Source: an uncultured bacterium (lineage in GTDB: Bacteria; Acidobacteriota; HRBIN11; JAKEFK01). Taken from it: DNA of 64,000 bases. The notes beneath the pieces are model-generated. The model was not told the DNA's origin and did not search any database. It saw only the letters and a list, made by a program, of their open reading frames with translations. The DNA lies in assembly GCA_963777505.1 (NCBI GenBank), contig CAVZQN010000004.1:416001-480000 (forward strand). The letters are read 5' to 3'. A program made the position numbers and the translations under genes. Shown here piece after piece: positions 49,936 to 59,471 of this stretch; position 1 is the stretch's first letter; each line of letters opens with the position of its first letter.

Positions 49936-50163
49936 TTATGGCTCTTTTTTTAAGACTTGAGGTTTGTGAGGATTTTCATTAGACCATTGATCACGATACA
50001 ACTCTTGCTGATGTGAATTGGTCGCATCAACGGCAGGGAATCCAATTTCTGTGATGAGGCCAGTTTTATGGGAGTTTAAGGAAACGCTTTGTGTTGACTC
50101 TTGTTGTGTGTCAATTCCGTTAGCGGACTGGAACGAATTATTGTTATTTACTCTTGATACCAT
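49936..50163 (-). CDS. Small hypothetical protein
   Basis: GGAGAG RBS before ATG at 50163; 75-aa hydrophilic ORF. Confidence 0.4.
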   Translation of the reverse strand: MVSRVNNNNSFQSANGIDTQQESTQSVSLNSHKTGLITEIGFPAVDATNSHQQELYRDQWSNENPHKPQVLKKEP

Positions 50164-50249
50164 GTTAGTTCTCTCCAAAATTGGGTATTAAAACCCGTCA
50201 ACTGTACATGCGTAAAAATTCACTAACATGGATCAAGATTAATCAGGTG

Positions 50250-51635
50250 TTATTGGTTGCTCGTTCTGACGGCGTTTTGTCCTTTTCGTGAGAAATTGAT
50301 CGATAGACCCAAAATCCGGGCGGATTCCTGCGGCGCGTGAAATCCCGTAGAGTTTTCCGCTTCAATAAAATCTAGATAGAACTGTGCTTTCCGTTGATAA
50401 TCCCTTGCGACCGCCAGTTCTGCATCGGTTTTACCTGAGGCTTTTGCCGCTTTCACATCAGAGATAAGTTCTACCAAAGCATCCATTGCCGTGTTTCGTA
50501 GTTCGTATGTTCTTTCTTGAATGGCTTCGACGCGTGCTTTCAATTCTTCCTCAGGCCACTTATGACAAGTCTGACAAGCATGATTAATGTTTAAGACTGG
50601 ACTTTGCACGTGATGATCGCTGATTTTCAGCGCACCTACGCGTTTATACGGCATATGGCAATCTGCGCATGTCACTCCTGAACGTGAATGAATTCCTTGA
50701 TTCCACATCTCGAATTCAGGATGTTGTGCTTTTAATACATTCGCTCCAGTCTCCGCATGCGTCCAATCCTTAAATTGAATCTCATCATAATAGGCAAGGA
50801 TTTGCTCCACCTTAACTCCTTTTGACCATGGATACGTGAGCTGTTTTTCTGAGCCTTTGAAATAGTATTCAACGTGACACTGTCCGCAAACATATGCGCG
50901 CATTTCCTGGCGTGTTGCCATTGTATTTACATCGTAGTTCTGAATGCCTTGCGAGGCTTTCCATGCGCGAATGCCTTCGATGAAGCCGGGCCGTGTTACA
51001 CGCAATTGCATTGTTTGTGAATCATGACAATCGATGCAGGCAACTGGATGCGTTACGAGTTTGCGCGTTTCGAAATACGGCATCTGATTCATTTTTTCGA
51101 AACCTTTCATGATATCGCCGCCGCCTAGCTTTTTATACGCAACATAAACAGAGGCGTGGCATTGAATGCAGGCGCCGGGCTGTTTTGCTGCTTGCTGCCG
51201 CTCGGTCAATGTTTGATCTTCCAGCATGTAGGCGTGTCCCCTTTCTTCGCGGAAATCTACTGCAAAAGCGTATCCGGCCCACATTGTCTTGAGGCGCGGA
51301 TCTTCTTCAAGTCGGGATTGAGAAACGATAGAACGCGGATCGGCTGATGTTGGAGTTCGGGGAACAGCCTCGCTTCCGCCATATCGAGTCCGGCTTTGAT
51401 CAACGGTACGTTTGTATCCGTCATACTGTAATGGAAAATTTTTTCCCCAAACTTCGGGATCTATCGTTTCATCTGTCAATTCAACAACACGGTAAAATGG
51501 ATTTTTAGCTTCTTGCTTTCTCTCCATAATGTTCACAAGCAAAGCAATACCTGCTGCGGCTGCAAGCGCAGCAAGTCCAATCAGTAAGAAAAAGCGGCGA
51601 CGCCTGACTCTTGCGTTTTTTCCTTCATCGTTCAT
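50250..51635 (-). CDS. nrfA: Ammonia-forming cytochrome c552 nitrite reductase, CxxCH heme-1 variant
   Basis: Five heme motifs CIQCH, CIDCH, CGQCHVEYYF, CADCH, CQTCH; MWAGYAF..REERGH; KAQHPEFE; AENSTGFHAP. Confidence 0.93.
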   Translation of the reverse strand: MNDEGKNARVRRRRFFLLIGLAALAAAAGIALLVNIMERKQEAKNPFYRVVELTDETIDPEVWGKNFPLQYDGYKRTVDQSRTRYGGSEAVPRTPTSADPRSIVSQSRLEEDPRLKTMWAGYAFAVDFREERGHAYMLEDQTLTERQQAAKQPGACIQCHASVYVAYKKLGGGDIMKGFEKMNQMPYFETRKLVTHPVACIDCHDSQTMQLRVTRPGFIEGIRAWKASQGIQNYDVNTMATRQEMRAYVCGQCHVEYYFKGSEKQLTYPWSKGVKVEQILAYYDEIQFKDWTHAETGANVLKAQHPEFEMWNQGIHSRSGVTCADCHMPYKRVGALKISDHHVQSPVLNINHACQTCHKWPEEELKARVEAIQERTYELRNTAMDALVELISDVKAAKASGKTDAELAVARDYQRKAQFYLDFIEAENSTGFHAPQESARILGLSINFSRKGQNAVRTSNQ

Positions 51636-51669
51636 AGCACAACCTCATAACATGAATGGCTTTGAAACA

Positions 51670-52134
51670 TTATTCCAGATGGCCGACCGAAGCATGACAT
51701 CGGACACAAGATAGTTGTTGCGATTTTTCATGACCTTCAATCATTTCAACAATTTCCTGGTGACATTTTCGGCAGGCTTTTTCTGTAATTTCCAGATCGC
51801 GAGGCAGAATATGAATTGGTTCATGAAAGCCGCCAACAGTAAAATAATACGAATGCCAAAAACCATTTCGGGCTTTCGTAAAATATTTTGGAATGAGTCC
51901 TGGAGGTGTATGGCAATCATTGCATACAGCCACTGATCGATGACTCGATTTTCTCCAGCCATCATATTGTTCAGTCATGACATGACAGTTTGCGCATGCG
52001 GCGGGATTATCCGTCATGTACGAAGTTCCCTTGGCATACAGGAACGTGTAACAACAAATTCCAACGGCCGAACCGATAGCAATTCCTAAAATTAATCCCA
52101 TTGCCGTTCGTTTCGTTTCAGACTTTGCAGCCAT
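51670..52134 (-). CDS. nrfH: Cytochrome c nitrite reductase small subunit (tetraheme, NapC/NirT family)
   Basis: N-terminal TM, SYMTDNPAACANCHVM, CNDCH, CRKCH, CVRCH; directly upstream of nrfA. Confidence 0.92.
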   Translation of the reverse strand: MAAKSETKRTAMGLILGIAIGSAVGICCYTFLYAKGTSYMTDNPAACANCHVMTEQYDGWRKSSHRSVAVCNDCHTPPGLIPKYFTKARNGFWHSYYFTVGGFHEPIHILPRDLEITEKACRKCHQEIVEMIEGHEKSQQLSCVRCHASVGHLE

Positions 52135-52150
52135 AAAAATCGTAAAACAG

Positions 52151-54379
52151 TTAGTCGTTTTGGGTTCTAGAAGCAATCGCCAGTTCTAGTTTCTCACGCA
52201 AATCCGAAGCACGATCCAGAAGATTCTGGAAGATATCGCGGTGAAGCGACAACATTACACACGGAGTCAGCGTACGGATGGTGGCGCTTCGCGGAATGTT
52301 TTTGATCAAGGCGATTTCGCCAAAGTAATCACCATCATCCAAAACGCAAATCGTCTTTGGTGTGCCATCTGCACTATCCTTCTCAACTGCGACCTGTCCG
52401 CGCGCGATCAAGTAGAACCGATTTCCTGGCGTGCCCTCTCGCACTACTACTCTGTCTGCAGAATACGATTCCGTAACGAACAGAGACGCAATTTCCTCAA
52501 GCAATTGGTAGTCTACATTTTCGAAAATCGGATAGTGTTTTAGCCTGGATGCCTGAACCTGAGCGGAACCCTCACTGAATGTAAACCCGGTTTGCTTTTG
52601 CCACAATTGAGTGTACAGTCCTTCTCCTCCCAGCAATTCATCATGTCTTCCTTGTTCGATAATAGATCCTTCTTTCAGGAGAAAAATGGAGTCGGCATTG
52701 GTTGCTGAAGACAAACGGTGTGTGACCGAAATCACTGTGCGTCCTTTTCCAACATTCATTAGAGTTTGATTGACTGCGTGTTCTGTTTCCGGATCGAGTG
52801 CACTGGTTGCTTCATCCAGAATTAAGATTTCCGGATTTCTCAGAAGAGCTCGCGCGATGGCAATACGCTGGCGCTGTCCGCCTGAAAGAAACGATCCTCT
52901 TTCACCGACAGGTGTATCGTAACCATCGGGCATTCGTACAATCGAGTCATGCATGCCTGCGGCCTCGGCCGCTGATCGAATCTCTTCTTCGCTTGCGTCT
53001 GGTTTCCCCAGGCTGATATTTTCACGAATTGATGCATTAAACAAAAAGCTTTCCTGAAATACGACTGCCATTTGACCGCGCAGCGATTCTGCGTTGATTT
53101 TTTTTTCGTCTTCTCCATCAATAAATACAGTCCCTTTTCCCGGTTCATAGAAACGTAGCAACAGATTGAGAATTGTAGATTTGCCACAACCACTCGGGCC
53201 GACAAACGCAACGAATGAACCTTTTGGAATCTTCAGATTAATTTTGTTCAGAGTAAGATTGTCAGTGGAATAGCTGAACGATACATCTTGAAATGTAATG
53301 TCAGAAGAGAATCGCTCGATAGAAGGAGCATCTGCCTTCTCGACAACTTCCGGTGATTCTGCAAGCAAGTCTTCTATCCGCTGCAAACCTCCAACGGACC
53401 GTAAAATTACCGGCACCACTTTTGTTAACGCTGTAACAGAAAAACTGATGTGTATATATATGGTATGAAGTGCAACGAGCGTTCCTAACGTGATTTGCCG
53501 CTCATACACAAGAATGACACCTGCTCCTATGACAAGGATTTCGAAAATGAGAATGATAATCGAGGGAATCCGTTCAACATTATCGGCCGAAAAACTGAAC
53601 CTCAGCGAGATGCGTGCCAGGTCTGCAGTTTCCCTGGCAAAGGCCTGGATCGCTTTCTTTGTCAATCCGAATGCTTTTACGACAGCTTGAGCGCTAATAT
53701 TTTCTTGAACTGTTTGTGCCAATCCAGCTTCCTTGGTTTTGAATTCGTACCCCATTGAAGCCGTTTTTCTTGCCAGTCGTATGGGCAGGATCACGCAAAG
53801 AATCAGGCCCAGAAGCGTGATTAATGCAATTCTCCATTCCACTGTAAAAAGCACAATACTTCCAAGAACAACGCCTAACCCCTGCATAATGAGGGTCGGT
53901 GCAGCGTTCGTCACTACATTTTCCAGAGATGTAAGATCAGTAGAGAAACGCGACATGATATCTCCGGTGGTGGTACGCTTGTAATAACTCATCGATAATT
54001 TCTGCAAGTGCTCAAATACCTTTTGACGAATGTCCTTCAGAACATTCGAACTCAGATACGCATAAAGATATCCCCGCGCGACACCGGCAGAAGCTGCAAT
54101 CATCACACCTGCCGTCAACACCACAAGAGTGGTTATCAATACTCGCCAATTACGATCGGCAATGCCGTAATCGATCAAATATTTAAAACTGAGTGGCCAA
54201 CCCATCAGGAAAGCTGTATTGATTAACAAAAGGACTAAAAGAAGGAAAGTTTGAGCGCGGTAGGGTTTTAGATACTTGTAAAGCGCTTTCAGAAAATCAA
54301 CGACGCCCATTACTGGCGTTGATTCTTTACCTGGGATTATGCTCGAGGTAAGCTTCGCTTCTTCTGGATTCTTTTTCAT
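52151..54379 (-). CDS. ABC exporter (TMD+NBD) with C-terminal cNMP-binding domain
   Basis: GPSGCGKS, LSGGQRQR, LILDEATSALD; YFGEIALIKNIPRSATIRT phosphate-binding cassette. Confidence 0.9.
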   Translation of the reverse strand: MKKNPEEAKLTSSIIPGKESTPVMGVVDFLKALYKYLKPYRAQTFLLLVLLLINTAFLMGWPLSFKYLIDYGIADRNWRVLITTLVVLTAGVMIAASAGVARGYLYAYLSSNVLKDIRQKVFEHLQKLSMSYYKRTTTGDIMSRFSTDLTSLENVVTNAAPTLIMQGLGVVLGSIVLFTVEWRIALITLLGLILCVILPIRLARKTASMGYEFKTKEAGLAQTVQENISAQAVVKAFGLTKKAIQAFARETADLARISLRFSFSADNVERIPSIIILIFEILVIGAGVILVYERQITLGTLVALHTIYIHISFSVTALTKVVPVILRSVGGLQRIEDLLAESPEVVEKADAPSIERFSSDITFQDVSFSYSTDNLTLNKINLKIPKGSFVAFVGPSGCGKSTILNLLLRFYEPGKGTVFIDGEDEKKINAESLRGQMAVVFQESFLFNASIRENISLGKPDASEEEIRSAAEAAGMHDSIVRMPDGYDTPVGERGSFLSGGQRQRIAIARALLRNPEILILDEATSALDPETEHAVNQTLMNVGKGRTVISVTHRLSSATNADSIFLLKEGSIIEQGRHDELLGGEGLYTQLWQKQTGFTFSEGSAQVQASRLKHYPIFENVDYQLLEEIASLFVTESYSADRVVVREGTPGNRFYLIARGQVAVEKDSADGTPKTICVLDDGDYFGEIALIKNIPRSATIRTLTPCVMLSLHRDIFQNLLDRASDLREKLELAIASRTQND

Positions 54380-54535
54380 GATGACTTGGCTCTTATGTAC
54401 TGCAACAGAAAATCACAATCATTATTACACATAACTCCGGCTGTGATTTTATTTGGAGTGCTATTCTCTTAAACAATGGAGCGCAGTATTTGATTTTGTG
54501 GAAAAGTATTGATAACTTCATATTGCGGATTTATT

Positions 54536-55465
54536 ATGAAAAACCCTTCCGAACAGGATACTGCGGAATTTTATCTTCCACTTAACAACTTTGATATCCA
54601 ACATCCACGTCCATTTTCCTCAGAGATAAAGGTTAGCTTTGGCGCGGTATCAGATAAAGGAAAAAAACGCGCTAACAACGAAGATGCTTTCTTGATTTTT
54701 CGCACCGGACGTTATTTTAAGAGAGTCATGACGAATGTGCAGGGAGATCTCTTGCCGGAACACCATGAAGAATGCGCTTATGCAATGGCCGTTGCGGATG
54801 GCATGGGCGGACTCGCCGCAGGCGAAGTAGCGAGCAGCATGGTACTTTCGACAGTTGTGAATCTCATGCTCTCTTCTGTGAAATGGGCCTTAAAGCTGGA
54901 CAATCCTGAGTCTAGAGATGAGGAAATTAGGGAAGCGATTCAACGCGGGATTGATTATCTTGCAAAAGCTGATGCCGCCGTTGAAAGCCGCGCTGAACAG
55001 GAACAGTCTTATAAAGGAATGGGGACTACTTTAACTGGTTCTTATAGTTTTGGAGATGATTTATTTATTTTTCATATCGGTGATTCGCGCGCATACCTCT
55101 ATCGCAACGAAAAATTGAGCCAGTTAACTAATGACCATACACTTGCACAAGAACTTGCTGACCGTGGTGATATTTCCCAGGAAGCAGTTGAAAAGCATCG
55201 CCTGAAACATATTTTGACGCGCTCCATTGGACATTCGGCAGGCAAACCAGATGTTGAGATTCACCAACTCAAGCTTCAAAATAATGATCTGGTGTTGATT
55301 TGTTCAGATGGGCTTCATGACATGATCAGCGATCAACAGATTACGCAAGTGATCAACTCAAGAGATTCGGCTCAAGACAAGTGTCAGAATCTTACAGATC
55401 TAGCATTAAAGCATGGTGGGAACGATAACATCACCGTGTTGATCGGCGAATACTTCATTCCTTAA
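54536..55465 (+). CDS. PP2C (Stp1/PrpC-type) Ser/Thr phosphatase
   Basis: RANNEDAF, VADGMGG, GMGTT, HIGDSRAY, CSDGL, GGNDNIT. Confidence 0.92.
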   Translation: MKNPSEQDTAEFYLPLNNFDIQHPRPFSSEIKVSFGAVSDKGKKRANNEDAFLIFRTGRYFKRVMTNVQGDLLPEHHEECAYAMAVADGMGGLAAGEVASSMVLSTVVNLMLSSVKWALKLDNPESRDEEIREAIQRGIDYLAKADAAVESRAEQEQSYKGMGTTLTGSYSFGDDLFIFHIGDSRAYLYRNEKLSQLTNDHTLAQELADRGDISQEAVEKHRLKHILTRSIGHSAGKPDVEIHQLKLQNNDLVLICSDGLHDMISDQQITQVINSRDSAQDKCQNLTDLALKHGGNDNITVLIGEYFIP

Positions 55466-55485
55466 AAATTGTCTTGTGACGCACG

Positions 55486-55839
55486 TTAGTTTTTCGTTGC
55501 TTTCTTGATAGCCTCCACCAGGGCTTCATCCCTGAATGGTTTACTGAGATATGCGATCGCTCCAGTTGCAATCGCATGCTGACGTGTTTCCTCATCATCA
55601 TGTGCAGTCATGAAAATTACAGGGGGATCGAATCCTTGATTAATCATCTCTCGTTGTAACTCGAAGCCGGTGGTTCTCCCAAGGTGAATATCAAGAATAA
55701 TACAATCGATACGTTGATAATCACGTTCAAAAAATTCCTGAGCAGAACCGTAATCTTCTACCTCAAATCCGCGAGAGCGCAAAAGTCGGCCTAAAGCCTT
55801 ACGTACAGAAAGATCATCATCAACAATAGTTATTAACAT
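55486..55839 (-). CDS. Single-domain response regulator (FixJ-like receiver)
   Basis: IVDDDLSVRKALGRLLRS, ILDIHL, FMTAH, YLSKPF. Confidence 0.9.
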   Translation of the reverse strand: MLITIVDDDLSVRKALGRLLRSRGFEVEDYGSAQEFFERDYQRIDCIILDIHLGRTTGFELQREMINQGFDPPVIFMTAHDDEETRQHAIATGAIAYLSKPFRDEALVEAIKKATKN

Positions 55840-55882
55840 TCATTCTCCGCTAGAAAATCTAACAAGGAATAACACCGAGCGC

Positions 55883-55900
55883 TATTGGACTTTAGTCTAA
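55883..55900. promoter_or_regulatory. Imperfect palindrome, candidate regulator site (second motif)
   Basis: TATTGGACTTTAGTCTAA; reverse complement matches 59472-59489 at 17/18. Confidence 0.55.
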
Positions 55901-55972
55901 GAACAGTTTCTGTATTCATTTTTCCTGCTAAAGCAATATATAATCCGCAGTGAACTGGAGGATTACAAAAAA

Positions 55973-56710
55973 ATGCTACACAACTTATTTAAATCTATTT
56001 CACTTGTTGTATTTGGAATACTAATGTTGTCTTCAGTGACAGCTGAGGCACAAGGTTGGAAATTTTCAACCGTCATCTATCTTTGGGGTGCAGGAATGGA
56101 TGGCGAAACTGGTACTAACGATCGAATTGTAGAAGTCGACCAGAGCTTTGGTGACATCCTTAGCAATCTTGAACTCGGATTCATGGGCGGCCTTCTAGCC
56201 CGAAGTGAAACATGGGTCGTAGGCGTCGATTTCATCTACATGGGACTTGGAAACAGTGTAGAAGGTCCTCTTGGTAATTCTATTGAAGTTGATGTGGATC
56301 AGACACTGTTTGGAGCTGACGTTGGATACGCAGTCAGTGAAGCTACCGATCTTTTAGTCGGTGGACGAATCGTTTCTCTTGGAACTGCACTTAATTTTTC
56401 TGGTCCAATAAATCTTGAAATAGAATCAGATCGGACCTGGTTTGATCCATTTATTGGAATCCGGTACAGTCCCTGGCTGAGTGAAAACTGGTCATTGCTA
56501 ACTCGTTTTGATATTGGTGGATTCGATATCGGATCGGACATCGCCTGGCACTTAAATGCAGATGCAGTTTGGCATATCTCGGAACGTTCATCGCTTGCAT
56601 TCGGATACAGAATTATGTCAGTGAAATACGATGATGAGGAAGGCGAGAATGAATTTATTTATGACATGACGAATCATGGTCCGATTGGTGGTTTTATTTA
56701 CACGTTCTAG
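55973..56710 (+). CDS. Outer-membrane beta-barrel protein
   Basis: Signal peptide AEA, YLWGAGMDG, WFDPFIG, DIGGFDIGSD, C-terminal GFIYTF. Confidence 0.75.
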   Translation: MLHNLFKSISLVVFGILMLSSVTAEAQGWKFSTVIYLWGAGMDGETGTNDRIVEVDQSFGDILSNLELGFMGGLLARSETWVVGVDFIYMGLGNSVEGPLGNSIEVDVDQTLFGADVGYAVSEATDLLVGGRIVSLGTALNFSGPINLEIESDRTWFDPFIGIRYSPWLSENWSLLTRFDIGGFDIGSDIAWHLNADAVWHISERSSLAFGYRIMSVKYDDEEGENEFIYDMTNHGPIGGFIYTF

Positions 56711-56764
56711 ATGGAGTCTGAGTTAATTTCTTTTTCTTGAGATTCTTAGTGTTCGTGTGCTTTT

Positions 56765-57487
56765 TTATTTAAGATCCAGTTCGGATTTCAGAGTGAGTGA
56801 TGAATCTTCTTGATGAGGTTCTGCACGAGCAACAATTTTTTCAGGAGTTACGATCAGACTTCTCCCTTGAATGCGATGACCAAAAGTAGTTCCGACGCCA
56901 CATGTTTTTATGAGTGGAGCCCCTGCTGCTTTTGCGCCTTCAAGAAATATTAAACGATCTCTTTCAAATTTTTCTTCAACACTTTCACCCTGTCGATAAG
57001 GAGAAGCTGTAGGCACGAATATGATTTGGCAACCCAGTGCTGCCAATTTTGAAAAGGATGCTGGAAAAAGAACATCGGCGCAAATCAAAACGCCAACGCG
57101 CAAATTATTTATTTCAAAAATCTTAAATTCATTTCCAGGGCGTACGCCAGCAGATTGTTCGCGCGAAGTTGGATTTACTTTTCTGTAAAATCCGACTTCC
57201 TGACCGCGGTCAAATACATAGCAGGTGTTGTAATATCCGTCACTGGTTTTTTCGGTCAGTGTGCCACCAATCAAAACTGTATCCAGGGTGCGTGAAATTT
57301 TACTTAAATAACCTTTCCTTTCAGAAAATCGATCCGCAGCTTGTTCGAGGTTCTGTATTTCCAAAGCAAGAGGGTAATGTTCGGGTAAACAAATGAAGTC
57401 AGGTTTGAATTCCTGAAGTTCGGAAATCGTTTGTTCGGACAAAGGATCGTTTAGCTTTTGTTGACAAGCTACAACTCGTATATTCAT
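56765..57487 (-). CDS. Carbon-nitrogen hydrolase (nitrilase superfamily)
   Basis: Glu-Lys-Cys triad contexts CLPEH, FYRKVN, LICADV. Confidence 0.88.
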   Translation of the reverse strand: MNIRVVACQQKLNDPLSEQTISELQEFKPDFICLPEHYPLALEIQNLEQAADRFSERKGYLSKISRTLDTVLIGGTLTEKTSDGYYNTCYVFDRGQEVGFYRKVNPTSREQSAGVRPGNEFKIFEINNLRVGVLICADVLFPASFSKLAALGCQIIFVPTASPYRQGESVEEKFERDRLIFLEGAKAAGAPLIKTCGVGTTFGHRIQGRSLIVTPEKIVARAEPHQEDSSLTLKSELDLK

Positions 57488-57488
57488 T

Positions 57489-58229
57489 CTAACGACGAGC
57501 ATCTAATATAAGACACACTGGATCGCCAACGCGGATTGTGCCGGTTTGCACCACCGTTCCATAGACGCCCGCGTTGTTCTTGTTCAGCCGGACGACTGTC
57601 TTCAGCACCCGCGCGTCTTGTGTGCCCGTGTCCGGATCGAGGTTGATCATCATACATCGCACGTCGCGCGCCGTCACGCTCACGGCTGGCCTTGGCTCGC
57701 TGTTGCCGAACACCAGTGTCCCGCCAACCCACCCATCCTCGAGAAACGGCTCGCGGTCGTGAGTCTCAAGCACAATGTTGGCTCGGAAGCGCCTGCGATC
57801 GAGATCCACTCCCGCCTCGCCACCGATGCCAGCAATGGTCGCCAGGCTAATCACCGATACCGAGGCATCATCGAAGATCCCGTGCTTGAGCTTCATCAAT
57901 TCCACGCCGCTCCCAAAACGCTCGGCGATCTCGCTCTGGAGCTCTACGCTGCGAAGCTCCACGTGCGTTCCGGCCGGTGTGCGTACGTGAGTTGGCAGGG
58001 GCTCGCCTGTACTCTCGTCGAGACCGAAAGGGTGGTACAGAAGGAGTTCAGCGACGCGGCTCGCGGAAAGCCACGGGAAGCCGCTGTCATCTCCCAAGCG
58101 CCGGAAGGCGAAGCGCCGATCACCATCGAGACCGTGCCACCCGAGAAATGCCGACTCCGTCGCGGTACCAGCCATCGACTTGACGGGATACCGCACAAGT
58201 TCGCAAACATGCCCGAGTTCATTCATCAT
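57489..58229 (-). CDS. MOSC domain protein, high GC
   Basis: RYPVKSM, GDRRFA, RRFRANIV, RCMMINLDP, GVYGTV..G.IRVGD. Confidence 0.88.
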   Translation of the reverse strand: MMNELGHVCELVRYPVKSMAGTATESAFLGWHGLDGDRRFAFRRLGDDSGFPWLSASRVAELLLYHPFGLDESTGEPLPTHVRTPAGTHVELRSVELQSEIAERFGSGVELMKLKHGIFDDASVSVISLATIAGIGGEAGVDLDRRRFRANIVLETHDREPFLEDGWVGGTLVFGNSEPRPAVSVTARDVRCMMINLDPDTGTQDARVLKTVVRLNKNNAGVYGTVVQTGTIRVGDPVCLILDARR

Positions 58230-58247
58230 ACAGTCACCAATCAAAAA

Positions 58248-59279
58248 TCAATTCTGAAGAAATAATTGGATCCAGCGCGCCGTTCGTCGCAAATAACTCT
58301 TTTCAGCATCCTCACCTTTTTTTCCGTAAGCTCCTTCGTAGTTCAAATACCCTTTAACAGGCATTGCCATCCTGACAGCAGGTTCAATTTGTGTTCCTTC
58401 GTGCCATTCATTAAAGCTGAGCACGGCGACGTAATTTGAATCTGATGCCAGCACAGCCTCCCACCAATCATCATAATTTTTTCCATTACGCCGCAAACGC
58501 TGCATTTGCGATCTTTCTCCGAAAGTACGATTGATGTTAAAGCCAGGTGAAACCGAAGGAATAAAAATTCCGCCACGCTTTCTAACTTCATTTGCAATTC
58601 CAGGATAAAGTCTTTCGATGGGTTGATATGCTTCATATGCAAAAATGCCATCAGCGCCTGTACGATCCAGCAATGATGCATCCGTAGATTGCAAGAGTAC
58701 TATGGGATTTTCATCCGTATCATGCAAGTTTGTAACTATGTTTCGTAGACTGTTGTCAGCGTAATCTGGATCATAAATGAAAAACATGGAACGAAGTTGA
58801 GGGTGTGGCTTATTGGGCCATCTCATTTGCAAAAACGCACTGTGTTTACCAAAACGATTTTCAAGATAATGAGTATCGTCACAAATTCGGCGTGGTGTTC
58901 GGCCTAAATATGGTTCTATTAGAAATGCTACTTTGAGGCCGTATTTGGCAGCAGCATCAAACACTGAATCTGCGTTGTAATTTGTATCATCATCGCGTCC
59001 CCACCATGAGTAAATCAAAACTTGAATTCCCATGCGATCGATCCAAAGCATATGCTGATCAATGACTTCAGCACTCCGACTGCTGTATGAACCAAGCTTA
59101 GGATAGTAAGAGGAAGAAATGTCGAAAGGGGGTTGATGATTGTTCTCCTCCCAGTGAGCCCACTTCCCATCGTGCGACAGCGAGGAATACCAGGGGTAGT
59201 AGTAGATAAAGCTAATCTTCTCGCTGCCGGCGTTCAGTGTGATTGGGAAAAGTAGTAGGACGAATAAAAGTTTGTGCAC
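58248..59279 (-). CDS. GH99-like glycoside hydrolase (endo-alpha-mannosidase-like), exported
   Basis: YYYPWY, YYPKLGSYSS, YSWWG, IEPY, SFNEWHEGTQIEPA. Confidence 0.8.
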   Translation of the reverse strand: MHKLLFVLLLFPITLNAGSEKISFIYYYPWYSSLSHDGKWAHWEENNHQPPFDISSSYYPKLGSYSSRSAEVIDQHMLWIDRMGIQVLIYSWWGRDDDTNYNADSVFDAAAKYGLKVAFLIEPYLGRTPRRICDDTHYLENRFGKHSAFLQMRWPNKPHPQLRSMFFIYDPDYADNSLRNIVTNLHDTDENPIVLLQSTDASLLDRTGADGIFAYEAYQPIERLYPGIANEVRKRGGIFIPSVSPGFNINRTFGERSQMQRLRRNGKNYDDWWEAVLASDSNYVAVLSFNEWHEGTQIEPAVRMAMPVKGYLNYEGAYGKKGEDAEKSYLRRTARWIQLFLQN

Positions 59280-59306
59280 GGGTTAAGTATAGTGTGAATG
59301 GATAAG

Positions 59307-59375
59307 GCAAGGGAGCAGGGGAGAAAGGGAGCAGGGGTGCAGGGGAGCAGAAGTGAAAGGGAGAAAGGGGGAGAG
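59307..59375. repeat. Purine-rich degenerate octamer tandem repeat
   Basis: GGGAGCAG GGGAGAAA GGGAGCAG GGGTGCAG GGGAGCAG AAGTGAAA GGGAGAAA. Confidence 0.6.
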
Positions 59376-59471
59376 ATTTTGTGGTTAAATTGCACATAAA
59401 CAAAGCCAAGATTCCGCAGGTTAGGAGTTTGACCTATCCGAGCGTGGTATCATTTTAGTTCCAAATTTGAA

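Noticed and set aside
57546-58265. 239-aa plus-strand ORF antisense to the MOSC gene
   Set aside because: Shadow ORF expected in high-GC DNA; no recognisable motifs
59391-59408. Possible sigma-54 promoter for the GH99 gene
   Set aside because: GG to GC spacing is 12 rather than 10
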